Shown here one piece after another: positions 1-20,862 of a DNA stretch of 64,000 nucleotides. The position numbers were made by a program, and so were the translations under genes. This DNA comes from the human T2T-CHM13v2.0 reference genome, Homo sapiens. How positions within the stretch are numbered: the stretch's first letter is position 1; every line of letters starts with the position of its first letter. Where the stretch lies: the NCBI RefSeq assembly GCF_009914755.1, contig NC_060947.1. One strand, 5' to 3'. A model generated the notes under the pieces. It was given only the letters and a program-made list of their open reading frames with translations, made no database searches and was not told the origin of the DNA.

Positions 1-135
1 ATCATTTACATTCTGTCTGTGGTGCTTTCACGCTACAAAGGCAGATCTGAGTGGTTGTGACAGACACCGTATGGCCCACAAGGCCAAAAATATTTCCTAT
101 CTGACCCTTTAAGAAAGAGCTTGTTAACTCCTACT
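1..135. mobile_element. hAT-Charlie DNA transposon fragment (MER58-like end)
   Basis: GTTGTGACAGACACCGTATGGCCCACAAGGCCAAAAATATTT...CTGACCCTTTAAGAAA resembles the MER58 terminal region as I recall it. Confidence 0.6.
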
Positions 136-428
136 CTACATCTTTCCTATTTTCGGGAGACAGATATATAGATAGATATGGAAAGGCAACATAGACTAGA
201 GATAATATTACTTTAGGGGCCTCCAGATGATACTTATTAAAATAAGCACTCAGGTAAGAACCTGTTAATACGTGCATGTTAATCAACCTCATTAAAAGCC
301 TATAATAATGTCTCCCTGGACTTGCAATTAGATGAGCTGCGTGACATCTGTTTCGTCATGAGAACTATGTTATAAACCCCAAACACATTTGGGAAAGATC
401 AGACTAAAATCATGGTTCCCTCAAGCAC

Positions 429-597
429 CTGTCTTTTTCCATAAACTTCTTGAAGTTCCTCCGATGAGGTGTGGGCTTGAGGTCTATGCAGTTACGGAGA
501 GAATCCTCTTCAGAACCAAAACCGTTGTAAGGTGGAAATTTCCTTTCTATTTTTGGAGGAGGAGAAGGAGGCTTGCATGAAACTGAGGTAAAGTTCT
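429..597 (-). CDS. EFHC2: EFHC2 internal coding exon (probably exon 8): (E)NFTSVSCKPPSPPPKIERKFPPYNGFGSEEDSLRNCIDLKPTPHRRNFKKFMEKD(S)
   Basis: 169 nt; acceptor ttgttctAG (599-598), donor AG|GTGCTT (428); phase 1 start fits the upstream exon; FPPYNGFGSEEDSL motif typical of the EFHC1/2 (Rib72) family. Confidence 0.96.
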
Positions 598-1806
598 CTA
601 GAACAAAACAAAGGCAAACAAAACATCAATATTTTTTTTGCCCTGATTATGGCTGTTTTGAAAGGTTTGTTATGTTTTCAAGATGAACATGGAGATCTTT
701 GTAGACTATTTTAAACTCTTTCAAACAAAACAGCAAAATCCTGTGAGAGTACTTTTCAATCATGTTTACAAAAACCATGGAACTCACTTAATAATCACCA
801 TTGGTTCAAAAGTTAAAAAAAAAAAAAAGAATCTATGTCAAATAAGTAAACGTTTATATTTTGTCATCACATTCCCATTTCTGAATATTTTTTGTTCTCC
901 TCTGATTTTTCCAATAATATGAAAATTCAAACTTGAAACTTTAGGCCACTCGTTCCACATTTTAACCTGTAATTTAGCCCTCTCCTATCTCAGTCAACAC
1001 TCACTAATAAAATTCTTTTCCAAACAGGACTTACTCCTGACTATTCACCTTTATCCTTCCCCATCCACCATCTCCTCCTACTGCACCCTGTATTTGAGTA
1101 CCCTCCATTGCCTCCAAAGTAACTCCAGGTCATAGTACTTCCCTATGTAGTTCAAAAACAAACACCAAAACAGAACTTTCCTCTCACCAGCCACGGCCCC
1201 AGGTAGCTTTTGTTAAGCCCAAGAAAAGACTACAATTGCACTCAAATGCAATGAAGCGAACAAACAAAACAGAAAAAGAAAAAACTTTTAAAATAGCCAA
1301 CTGCCTACTCTCTCCAAGGGAGTGCTACGCGGTAAATACTGTTGATTTTATTTATATACTTATCATCTGTGAGGAAAGAGAGGTGGAGAGAGAGCTGGTA
1401 ACATATTTGTAATAGCCTAGGAGCTTTCAGGTACTCATTTGCGAGGCTGTACAATCTCAGAAGCAACCGTGCTCTCCAGAGCAAGGAACATATTGACCTG
1501 GTCTATCCAAGTCACTGTGTTTGTCCCCAACATAAATGGCAAAAAAAGATGCCACATCTTTCCTAAAACAAAACAAAACAAACTCCCACAGAATCTATTT
1601 TCTACTTCTTCCCCAAGCTTCAGTATGACATAGGTGTTTTCAATCCTGTATGAAAGGAGTTCTACATAAGCAAATATTTCCTTTTCCACTGTCAAAGTTC
1701 CCATAGAGGAAGAGTACAAATTTTAGTGCACACCTCCGGAAGAGAAAATGGAGATCAATTTTTCATCCAAGATAACCTAACTCTTAATATTAAGGTGGTT
1801 GTTTGG

Positions 1807-1840
<34 letters not shown>

Positions 1841-2504
1841 CTGATGATCAAAAGGCTAAGGGCTTGAGGCCACTTCTAACTCTTGTTGAAAACATTTTCA
1901 GCTTTCATATGTCCTTAGACTTCCTAGCAGCCTTTGTGTGAAATTTCCCCAAAAACAATCCCCAAAAGAGTATTGTTACATCCTAACAGAGACTGCTTAC
2001 AGCAGACATGTTTATAAAGGTGACTCAGTGAAAGGGGGGAGCCAGTGTGCCAGTACAGAAGTGACTTGTGAGCTTCAACTATTGCTATTTTTATGGTGAT
2101 TTTAAAGAAAAGTCTTGGAAATAAAGAGGAGAGTTCAAATCTTGGAATTGGGCAGAATTGCAGTAGACTCTATCATTGCTAACCATTACATCTAACACAC
2201 CACTGTTTGGTCTTTCATTTCAGGAAGAACATCATAGCCATGGCAGGAGAGCTGTATGTGATTATTTAAAAATCTGGGCCTGAGGAGTTTCTTTCAACAG
2301 GAGACATATACATACAACTCTACATACCAATCTAAGCAGTCTAACCAAAAGAGGACACATATTGAATCTCAAAGTAATTAGGACTGCATTCTACACTTCC
2401 CCCTAGAATTACAGGGCTTATACCACACTGTTGTTTTCTCAACCATATAATTTTTGCAACAGATTTAAGTAACAAAAGAACCAATTTAGAGCTTTCCTCT
2501 GCAC

Positions 2505-2523
2505 CCACAGTGCCATCTAGTGT
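2505..2523 (-). promoter_or_regulatory. Candidate CTCF binding motif
   Basis: Minus strand reads ACACTAGATGGCACTGTGG, close to CTCF core CCACYAGRKGGCRS; motif match only. Confidence 0.35.
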
Positions 2524-5500
2524 ATAAAAGCTGAGAACTTTTCCACTCCATCATGCCTGACTTTTATACCACCACATACATCTTTTTGGAAACTCTGGCT
2601 CAAGATCCAACTTTAAATCCCATTTATCTGGGTAATTTGCATACGTTCACAAAGCTCTGGACTCACAGCTGAATGACAAGTTTCCTCACTTTGGTTTTCC
2701 ATCATCCCAGCATCCTGCGTGTTTTAGGTGTTCAAAAATATTCATTGAATAAATGAAAAAGTATACATTTTTGTACAAAGCATCTTCCCCAATGTCTCAA
2801 GTTGGCATTCTGCTAGATCCTGAGACAGATATGTCTTTTAATTATCTGATTCCTCTAATTCCAAGTGACTTGTCAAAACATATATATATTGAATGCCCAT
2901 CCATGGTTGACTAGATTCCAACAAATTGGCAGACAGATGATACATATTACAAAGGAGTCTTAATGCTTCTTCGTGGTGATTTTCTATTCACCATCTCAGT
3001 GGGAAAGACTACTGGGAAAAGCCTTCAGTTACCTCAACGTTCACTGCTTATGTTCTAGTAGCCTAGAGATGAATACAGGTTTTGGGAGGCTGGAAGCTTA
3101 AATAATTTGGGCAAAGCTCTTCTAGGCAAAGAATGTCAAATTACTAAGACAAAGTTAGGCCAGGGCCTTGGATTGGGACCCCTGGAAAGGAAGACCTCTA
3201 AAGATTACGCTTCATTAGCTTCAAGGTAAATCCACTTGTGCTTGTATTCAATACCCATGTCAAATGATTTCAATGAAACCTAAATTCGTGAATCACATTA
3301 TGTTAGAGCTATAAAATCTTTAAGAATCCTCCCATCTCAACCATCTTCATTTCATAGGGGAAGCAAAAGAAACAAAATTGTTAGGTCCATCAGGGCCATG
3401 TGATGAGACCAGAAGCCAATTCTATCCTATTGGTGCAATTTTAAGTGTCCAATTCACTCAAATAATCATTAAACACTCATCTTAAATGTCCTGCTGTTCC
3501 TAAAAATTCAGAGATGGCCAGAAATGACTCCACAAAATTAAAGGTGCTTTAAGATTTTTGTTGAATCTAAGCATAGCCCAATAAGTGTTCAACAGCAACA
3601 AGAATGAACAATCTTGTTACTAGTTTCATTGTCCCAGCCACTAAGAAAAAATAAGAAAGTCCACTGATAGACAAATAATAACCTAAAGCAGAAATTCCTA
3701 CGTAAGAACAGTTTACATTTGATCCCTGTCCTTTTAGTGAAAGAAACACCTGCTGGAACCCCTAGAGCCTTTTTCAACCTTCATGCTATAGGAAAGATCA
3801 ACAGACCTCCATCTGCCGGACCGTGTTCATTCACATAAAATAATGAGGGAGTGACATGCTACAGCCTGGCAGGCAAGCCAGGGCCAGCAGGATGGCCAAA
3901 CTGTCTGATGGAGGGGGTCCCACTGCACTATTAAAGAGAAGAAATCTATGGAATCACCTTCTCCTTAGAATCCTTAAATGTATGAAGGAATCATCTTAAG
4001 AGATTGAGTTTTACACAGGAGCTCAAATGTCTCTTGGAATTTTAGCAAGCCCTCCACTTCTACATAAATAGAAAGGTTATCCATGTACCTTTCTTGGGAC
4101 TGTGGCCAACTCCTTCTCTTTGTCTGCCATTTTTTCTCCCCCAAAATATGTTGGGGTGTCATTACACAGGAGAAGGTACTAAAGCACCAAGGCGGCGTAC
4201 TGCGTTAGAAATCTCCCGTGACTTCCTGCTAGAGACGCCCCTAGCTGTGTTGCTGCTGCTTGTCAGATCCTTCCTGCGTGCTGCACAGTGGAGATACCCA
4301 GGTTTTCTACTGAACACAATTATTGACAAAGGAGGAAATGTGACCACAATTATTGACAGAACCACAATGATTGATGGGACTTTGTCCTGGTTTGGGTTTT
4401 AAGGATACCAAAACATAACGCATGTAATTTGGTCAATTTAAAAAATTGCTGAGACCAGATGAACTATAAATAAAATTAAAATGGCAGAAATAACTGTATC
4501 TAAGCAACATTAAGGATATTAATTTAACCTTACCAAAAAATCAGGAAAAGCAAATGCAAAGATTATCAGAGAACACTGATTCATTCTCCCCTCCACCTCA
4601 TCATAGATATAATTTCTAGTCTTTACTTACATTAAGTACACTGTTGTAACACAAGAAATGTTGTGTAATAATAGTGTCTGTTAAATGGGATATTTTAACA
4701 TATGTTATGAGAAATATAAAAAGTCAGTGTGACTATGAAATGCATCATAATTTTGCATTTGCATAATTTTCTGTTTAAATGCATAATGCTCATGTTATAT
4801 TAGCTTTAGAGGCACAGACTACTTTTTTTTTACATAATACAATTAGTCCACGGAGTGAACAAAAGAAGTGAACAGAAAGAAATTAGCACAAGGACTCGAC
4901 TGAAATGGACCATAGGACATTTGAAGCTGATACATTTACCCAGGACGGCTCGATTTGGAGCACACCAGGGAATTCACACTGCCTCAAAAAATTTTCTAGA
5001 GAAGCCGTTAAGACCCTAACAACATACTAAGTCCCACCAGTAGGACATTCATTTTCCCAAATGCAACTTTCATATTCTCACCAAGCTGACAGACAAACAT
5101 CAACCAAAAGTTAGACTTTATGTTTAAGGAATCATATAATGCTTTGGAACACCACATCCTTTATATTAAGGTAATCATCAGGTGTAAGTTACGGTTTTTG
5201 GTGACTCATCTTGATATATACATTTAAATTTTCATTCTACACTAAAGACGGATTCCAAACAGGCATCTACATTTATTAAAGGCCAAATTCTTTTCCCACA
5301 GTCTAGGGGCCACCAGCAGCTTCTCTATAGCAGCTGCCACCTGCACATTCCTGGCTGCTTCTTGTCCACAGTCCCCAAGGCAAATATGCCCAACTGTGTC
5401 CACTGAAGGGGACTAATTTTAGAAAATAAAAAGAGGCCACCAATTTGGCCCCAGTAGGGCCCATACATTTTGACTAATCTGGCATGCAGATGCAGTGCAA

Positions 5501-6579
5501 CAAATTCCCCTAATGAACCTAAGAGTAAAACTGTAAGCCTTTTTCACTCTAACCCCCTTGTGTACTTGATGTGCCTTCTCTCACAATATAAAGATTCCCA
5601 GAAGGCCAGGAATACTACACAATGCGGACAACAAGACACATAACATGGCTTCATCTCATTCTAGTGACAAAGCACCTTGTCTTTCAAGAAGCTGCGGTTG
5701 CACTTGGCTTCCATCTTGCCCCTCGGGGAAGTGTGTTCATATGAATACTCCAAGGTTCAGAAAGAAGTACAGGACTAAGTACCCACTATCCCAACTCCAG
5801 TACCAAACTGGGAGGTCAGCAAGTCCCATCAATTCCTAGCAGCAGCAGGTACCTGGAGCCTCAGGTAGAGGGGAGTTTAACAAATGAGGGTTTATGCTTT
5901 AGGTTTCACGTCACATCCTCCGCCAGCTTCCAAGACACTCATAACACGGTGTCACTCGCTGCAGGTCTCAGTTCCCCTTCCAGCCTAGAAACCTCTTACA
6001 CAACTCTATCTCCTAAGTCTACTACAGTGACCTACATATAGTAGGTGCTTAATCAATCACTCATTTTCATTCTGAACTGAACTAACCTTACTGGAATGGA
6101 GTTAATATCTGAGAAGAGAGAAGCTTAAAACCTGGCTGAGCCTCACCAGGAAAGGTAGAGCAAACTAGCAGAAGAGAATTCCCTCAATAACTCAATTAGG
6201 TATATCCATTGTGGTAAGAAGAAGTAAGTGAAAAGAAAAGCATTCAGATTTCCATTTCGATTGCTAAACCAAAACATTTACCCCCCCAGCATCAGGCAGA
6301 CAAGTTCAAATCTTGGCTCACTCTTTGCTCACTGTATAACCTTGGACAAATGAGCCCCCTTTAAGCCTCGGTTTTTTTCACCTCTAAAATGGGGATAATG
6401 AGCCTATCCATAGAGAATTGTTAGGAATATATAAGACAACAAACGGCTGGAAGATAGCAAATGCACAATAAGTGGTAGCTATTATGAGCCTAGCATTTGA
6501 AACTCCAAAGTAAAATCTTAATTAGGGAACAAACAATTTAATTTTAAAAATATTTTTAATTGACATATGTATCACTTAC

Positions 6580-6718
6580 CAATTCCATATTTAGACTTAT
6601 AATAAGACTTCGTAAATTCATCACAGTCATAAAGGAGCACTTTTCTTCCCCACACATTGATGGTGACTCCTAGGGACAGGTCACTATCTTTGTAAAACTC
6701 TTGGTCTACTTTTCCTAG
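6580..6718 (-). CDS. EFHC2: EFHC2 internal coding exon (probably exon 7): LGKVDQEFYKDSDLSLGVTINVWGRKVLLYDCDEFTKSYYKSKYGI
   Basis: 139 nt (46 codons +1); acceptor gtctttttttAG (6720-6719), donor G|GTAAGT (6579); end of a DM10 domain (GR..LYDCDEFT). Confidence 0.96.
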
Positions 6719-7110
6719 CTAAAAAAGACAAAGGAACATAGCATTGGCACCATGGACCCTCCAAAGAACCAGGAACCCCTTCCCAGAGAAAAAAAGGAAA
6801 TTAAAAATAAAACTTCAATCTTTAATAACTAAATTTTAAAAATCAAATAAAAAAGCAACCAGTTGATGTTAATATTCTAAAGTATTATTTTAGCACTGTA
6901 GTATTATACTTACAAACTGCAATGCATTGCATATATTTATATAGACATTTCAGCATGTTTATTACTGATAAATAGCAGTACAATGCATACATTTATGTAT
7001 TCATCGATTTCATTCACAATCTCACAAGAGAAGAGTACGTAACTCGCCCCACTGTTCAGGTTCCAAAGAAGTCACACTAGAAACAGGTAATAAAATATGA
7101 GGTTCCTTCC

Positions 7111-7224
7111 CTTATATCTATCGAACAGGTAGCCATCCGCTTGGTTCTTTATAAAGTCACCATATGAATTGAGAACTGCTCGATCTGTTATCTGGCCTGG
7201 TTGATAGACTCTAGGTGGGCAATT
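7111..7224 (-). CDS. EFHC2: EFHC2 internal coding exon (probably exon 6): NCPPRVYQPGQITDRAVLNSYGDFIKNQADGYLFDRYK
   Basis: 114 nt, phase 0/0; acceptor ttttgtcttccAG (7226-7225); the frame-compatible 3' end is followed by GGAAGG rather than GT (see findings), so this boundary is less certain. Confidence 0.85.
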
Positions 7225-8501
7225 CTGGAAGACAAAATCAAAACAAGATGTGGTAGGATTTAATCCATTCCCTTTCTTACTATAACCCCAGGGCTGGCAT
7301 AGAGGTGGCACTCAATGAATATTTGTTGAATGAATGAATAAAATGAATTAACTAATGTTGGCACACTGTAAATGTCAGGTATGTCATTATTATTTTATAT
7401 TCAGCCTATTTTTCAAAGTCATTCTAAAAACAGGTTTTTCTGACACCTCCTGGTTGCCTGCTATGGGTATCCCAGGGCTCCCTCTGGGACAAATTGTGCC
7501 TCTCCTGCCTCCAAGCAAACGCAGTAGGGCTTCCAGCAGTGGGCTCAGAGAATCTGGGAAAGCCTCCCGGTGAGGACTGAATGGCCAGCAGTTATTTGCC
7601 TCGGAAATTAGCATTATGGTAACCTTTTCATGTGCACTAAGAAGACACTTTATCCAAATAAGAAAGAAAATATAACATAGAGCTTTTGAAAAAGCCTTTA
7701 TGTTCTTAAGTGTCCTTATAGGTGTTTACAGGTCCTTAGATGGTGTTTTTTTGGTTTTTTTTTTTTACTATGTTATGACATTTTAAAGATGGGGAAATAA
7801 GCTCAAAGAGGTTAAGTGATTTGCCCAAGGTAACACAGCTATTAAGGGGCAGACTCACAACTCTAATCCAGGTCTGGGCTGTTTCTGCTGCACCCAAATT
7901 ACATGAGCTCTCAAATGGCCATAAATATTTGTAGAAATCAATCTGACAACTCTTTTTAATGTTAAATAAAATGCAAAAGTCATCACTGCCACTAGCTAGT
8001 GGCTAGTTGGTGACTAGTTGCTACATTCAGAAAAGGCACTTTGGTTTGTAAACTTGCATGTGTATGTTTGTGAGTGCATGTGTACATGCACATGTAGGTG
8101 CACGTGTATAAGTGTGTGTTTGTATTCACAACCCAGACCAAACCATGGGCTCTCTTCAGTAGTCTGCAGTGCCCTGTCCAAAGCCACAAGCAATTCTTTT
8201 ACTAAGGAGTCATTTAGTTTCATAAAACTGGATGTGAACTCAATGATGAATAGGTGCTTTTTCTTACATTTGACTTTTTTCCTTTACTTGCCTTAACTTC
8301 AATGTTCCAACTCTAATTGATCATATTCTCTGTATTACTTTCACAGATGTGTATTAATAGAGGGCACAAAATGAAAGGTTTCTAAATACCTGCACTAGTG
8401 CATGGTTACTATCATCATATAGTCATAACACACAACATTCCAAACAGTGACTAGTCTCTTGACCCACAAGCAAATTCAAAGTGGTTATATCCACTGCTCA
8501 C

Positions 8502-8753
8502 CTTGGGTAGCTTACTCCTCCGGAGGAACATTTTTAGAGCATCTCGGCCTGAGCTGTGTGGAAGCAATTCTTTGATTTCAATAGTATCATCACACAAGAA
8601 GTAATGCAGGATGAGTTCTCTACGGTCTCCAAACATTGAGACTGAGTCATCCCACAGGCAGAAGAAACACAAAATCTTGCCATGATACTGGAGGAACTGT
8701 TTCAGGGTGTCGAGGGATTCGTAGGGACGTAAGGGCTCTACGTGTTCTACAAC
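8502..8753 (-). CDS. EFHC2: EFHC2 internal coding exon (probably exon 5): [36 protein letters not shown]...[10 protein letters not shown] (start of second DM10 domain)
   Basis: 252 nt = 84 codons; acceptor ttgcAG (8755-8754), donor AAG|GTGAGC (8501); matches ORF 8451..8759. Confidence 0.97.
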
Positions 8754-8850
8754 CTGCAAATGGAGAAAATGTCAATAATAGTTGCAGGGTTTGCATAATC
8801 ACTTCTAAGATATACACAATCAAGTGACAAATATATAAAGATATATTTTT

Positions 8851-9166
8851 GGTCAGGCATGGTGGCTGATGCCTGTAATCCCAGCATTTTGGGAGGCCAA
8901 GGCGGGAAGACTGCTTGAGTTCAGGAGTTCAAGACCAGCCTGGGCAACATGGCAAAAACACAACTCTTAAAAAAAAAAAAAAATTAGGCAGATGTGGTGT
9001 CACACGCCTGTAGTCCCAGCTACTTGGGAGGCTGAGATGGGAGAATTGCTTGACCCCAGGAGGTCAAGGCTGCAGTGAGCCATGTTCACACCACTGCGCT
9101 ACAGCCTGGTCAACAGAGTGAGACTCCATTTCGAAAAAAAAAAAAAAAAAGAAAAGAAAACAAAAA
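8851..9166 (+). mobile_element. Alu (AluJ-like)
   Basis: Dimeric Alu with A-tail; TSD-like AAAGATATATTTTT / AAAGATATTTTT. Confidence 0.9.
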
Positions 9167-9264
9167 AGATATATTTTTCTACAGATTATTCTGTGATTTT
9201 GTTTTTAATTTCAACTATGACATAGATACATACACATCTATAACCAGTTTTAACCTTAAGAACT

Positions 9265-9629
<365 letters not shown>

Positions 9630-9639
9630 CTATACTTCT

Positions 9640-9976
<337 letters not shown>

Positions 9977-11139
9977 CTATACTTCTTTAATATTTTTTAA
10001 AACTGACTTTTCAAAAAGATTTAAAATTCTTATTTAAGAACAGACAAAACTAATCTACGGTGACAGAAATCAGAACAGTAATTGCCTCTGGGTAGGGAAT
10101 TTGACCAGAAATGGGGAGAAAGGAACTTTCTGAGGTGGTAAAAATATTCTACATCTCGATTTTTGTGTTGGTTACTCAATTGCACACATTTTACAAAACT
10201 TGTTGACCTATATACTTAAGATTTATATGTTTGACTCCGTATTAATTATATCTCAACCAAATACATAATTTGTCTTTTCACTGGGAAATTCATATGTGTT
10301 CATAATTCTTACTCATTCAAAGATTTTTGTGAAGGTAAAAGGGAAGAAATATATTCACTGTTTTATTTCAGCTCAAAAAGCTTTAGGTATCAAGGATAAG
10401 AATGCCCCGGAGAAACAGGAGCACAGCAAATGGAGAAGGTCTTAAGGTCTGCAGAGCCTCTGCCTCGGCTGTCCTCTGTCCCAGGAACCACTAGTTAGTT
10501 CCATAGTCTTCTTGATGCAACTCTTCCCTCTATTTGCACTTTCGCAGCCCTGTCGTGGAGTTAAACTGCCCCCATTTCATCTGATGTAACCAAATAGGAC
10601 TGTTATATAAGGAAGTGCACACTGACAAGGGAGATGTTATCCCAAATCAGGTTATACAATCTTTTTGTAAATTTTTGAAATTTCTATCTGTCGAGGGCAG
10701 TCTAGGTGCAGTCTTAACCCAAGACAGTGGGGAGACATGATGGCTTTCCAAAGACTCTTCAGTCTTATCTCTGATATTTAAATGAAATTATGGGACCACT
10801 ATTTCAATTGATTGAAAAATGTTTCTTTGGCATTATGAGGCCTCTAAGAAAAGCATTATTGATAATATATGGGATTCTTTTCAGTCTAAGTTAAATTGTT
10901 TAATTTTAACTTTACAGTTCAAGACAGCAAACACTGCAGAAGTAAATGTATGAAAGTCAATATAGAAGCCTCTTATTAAACTCCTAATTTCCCAAAGATT
11001 ACTATATTTATTGAAGAATTTTCTCCCTGAGGGAATAAATGCTAAAATGATGTTCCTACTCTGAAAGGAAATTATTTAAAACATTTCTTAGCTGTTCTTG
11101 GTATTTATTCTCAATTCCTGGCACAAAAGATCTTTTTCT

Positions 11140-17860
<6,721 letters not shown>

Positions 17861-19386
17861 TAAATATACATAAATTTTTTTCTTCATAAACCTATGAAAT
17901 CCCACAGTGCTCTGCGCATTTTCATATAATCCATCATTATTCACAATCACTATCATATAACAACAACTGTTAGTGAATGACTGCAGCCATATGCAAAGGG
18001 TGGCAATTCATTTGGATCCATTTCCTTCAAGTTCTCTCTGCTGGTTCTAAATTCTTTCTATTTATCTAGACTCTTTCATCCAGGGCATTTGGAAAAAATA
18101 AAAATGAATCCAAACCAAAAAAAATCCCTTTGTACATCAATATACAGGCATTTCACCTTAGATATTCCAGGATCAACAATATATATATTTCTCCAGAGGG
18201 CTGTATGCCTACAACAACATTAAAGAATAATTCTGCTGGGGCTGGGAGGCAGGAATAGATGAATGATCCTACAAGTGGCTTTTAAAAAGAGATCAAAACA
18301 GAATCAAAAGAGAATTTTGTTCTAAATTTTGTTACCTCTCTGCAAGGAAATGAATCATAAGTTTTAAAACAATAAAAATCAGACAAAACTCATCTATGGG
18401 TATAGAAATGAGAACAGCAGTTGTCTGTGGTGGGGAGCGGGATCGATTCGATAAACACATGAGGGGACTTTCTGGGGGAAGAGAAATGCTCTACATCTCA
18501 ATATGGGGGTAGGTTATAGGGGTACGTGTATTTGTTAAGACTCATCCAACTGTACACTTAATTTCTGTGTATTTTACTGTGTGTAATCACACTTCAATAG
18601 AAAAGGAAAAAGGAAACAAGTGACAATGATGGAAATCAGGGTAAGAGTCAAGACATTTGCGATCCAGTCCCAGCAAGGAGATTAGCTGGGTGTTGTCACC
18701 TTCCACCCCCCTTTGAGTGTTCAAATTCTTCTGGAAAACAAAATTTGGGCCCAGGGACTGTTTAAAAAATAGGAAGACAAAAATAATACTAAAAATATTG
18801 AGTCTTTACTCCCTTACACTAGCTGGGGTCAGACCTTGTACATAAACATCCTTTCCTAAAGGGGGTATATCAGAATCATGGTCTTCCTTATTCTTCCAGA
18901 GCATCTTGGCATCCAATGCCATCCTAAGAGGACCTGGAATTTCCTAGGAGGAAGAAAAAATGTGTACCCAAGGCTTGCTTCACTAAATCACTAGTATAGA
19001 AGCAAAGATCTTTCTAGCCAGAGTTAGACAACTAAAAAGCAAAAACACAAGCCAAGGAAATGTGGATACAACTCATATACCATCAGTGACCACAAAGTCA
19101 ATTGTGGGTGCCTAGAATCTGTCTCACCTGTGCAGTTCACTGAAGACTCCTACTGCCTGAAAGAGAGAGTCTCTACAGAGAGAATTGGGGTGAGGCAGTG
19201 AGGAAGTCATTCTTGCTCTGTGGCTAACACTCAGCCTTCCCTCTAGCCCAAAGAAGAACAAAACTGGAATAACTATGGCTCTAAAAGCTCTTTCACATCT
19301 GCATCAGGAGTACAAACACCCTTTACTGACTTTCCAAAGGGATTTTTATTTTGAAGACAAGAACTCAACAAACGTCAATTCCTTAC

Positions 19387-19610
19387 CTCTCTCCGAATCT
19401 TCATGTAAGGATCTTCTGGACATTGCACTGGGGGATTCACTTTGACCCCTATTTTCCTCAAAAAGTTTCTTGTGAATGCATCACAGTCATAAATCTTGAA
19501 TGTCCGGCCATAGAAGACAACCTCTGTGCCGACATTAAAATGATACACAGTATAAAACTGATCCTCATCAGGAGGCGGAAGAGTAATCCGATGACGCCGG
19601 ATAGAAGTCC
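19387..19610 (-). CDS. EFHC2: EFHC2 internal coding exon (probably exon 4): (G)TSIRRHRITLPPPDEDQFYTVYHFNVGTEVVFYGRTFKIYDCDAFTRNFLRKIGVKVNPPVQCPEDPYMKIRRE
   Basis: 224 nt; acceptor ccatAG (19612-19611), donor GAG|GTAAGG (19386); second half of the first DM10 domain; phases fit both neighbours; read manually, not in the ORF track. Confidence 0.96.
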
Positions 19611-20506
19611 CTATGGCATGAAAGAAAATACAACTGTTTTATCATGTGGCTAACAAGTAAGAAGATACAGCACATTCACTAACAACCCTGAATACTTTCC
19701 CGCAACAGAAAACTGGGCAAAGGACTCGTTCTAGGAAGCAGCATTAGTACATTCCAACTCTGAGGAAGTCAGAATGAGCTGAGATTTCTGAGGTTCAGAG
19801 CTCTGTGGCCAGCCTTGCATGTGGTTAGAGTTGCCTAAGTGGTGCTTGGGAAGTATTTTAATAAACCATAAAGACTGGGGTGAGGATGGGGGATGAAGGA
19901 CAGGGGACATAAGCAGAATGACGAAAAATACCAGACGCTGCCATCATGTCTTTTCCTAGAACAAGCCTGCTCACATTCAGCCACCAGCAAGCACTCAATG
20001 TGAGCACACTCAACAGGCATTAAGGCACCAATGCAGAATGCTCACAAAAATGTGTACTCATGGCTCAAAAAAAAAAAAAAAAAAAAAAAGCTAGTAAGCT
20101 TTGGAATGATAGGTGCCAACATTGACTTAGAAGTTTCAATAAGGATGAATCACTTTTGGCTGCTGTGAAGTTTCATGGAATCTTCTTTCCTCTATCAACC
20201 TATTTTTCCTCCTCCTTCCTCTATAGCCTCTGTCCACCTCCACCCAAGCACTACCTCAAGTGAGGGTTATCAGAGGCTTCACAGTTCTAGCCAGTGCTCT
20301 GGGCCAAAAGCTCTAGATCTCATCCCATCTTCTACTTCCAACCCTGATGCCCATTCATTTCTCCTCTTGAGAATATGTTCCCAGGGTCCCACGTATATCC
20401 AAAAGAGTGGTCAGCCACTGGAGGTAAAAGAGTTCCTTGCCTACATGAGTGTACCAACTATACCACACCATACCAGCCAAGTTACCCAAATATTGCTGCA
20501 ATCTGT

Positions 20507-20830
20507 TGTTAAGGATTGTTTAGGGGCCAGGCATGGTGGCTCATGCCTGTAATCCCACCACTTTTGGAGGCCGAGGCAGGCAGATTGCTTGAGCCCAAGA
20601 GTTCGAGACCAGCCTGGGCAACATGGCAAAATCCTGTCTCTACAAAAGAAAAAAAAAATTAATTAAAAAAAAATTAGCTGGGTATGGTGGTGCCCACATG
20701 TGGTCCCATCTACTTGGGAGGCTGAAAGGTGGGAGAATTGCTTGAGTCCAGGAGGTCAAGGCTAAAGTGAGCCATGATCACACCACTGTACTCTAGCTTG
20801 GGCAACAGAGCAAAGCCCTGTCTCAAAAAA

Positions 20831-20862
<32 letters not shown>

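Noticed and set aside
3974-4402. Overlapping short ORFs, a small CpG patch (~4190-4280) and a thrice-repeated ACAAT(T/G)ATTGA motif (~4316-4375)
   Set aside because: No recognisable protein, and EFHC2 exons 7 and 8 already join in frame; likely a decayed repeat or local duplication that I cannot classify.
20067-20089. Isolated A23 tract
   Set aside because: No upstream AATAAA at a suitable distance, no recognisable element body and no TSD; treated as a simple mononucleotide repeat.
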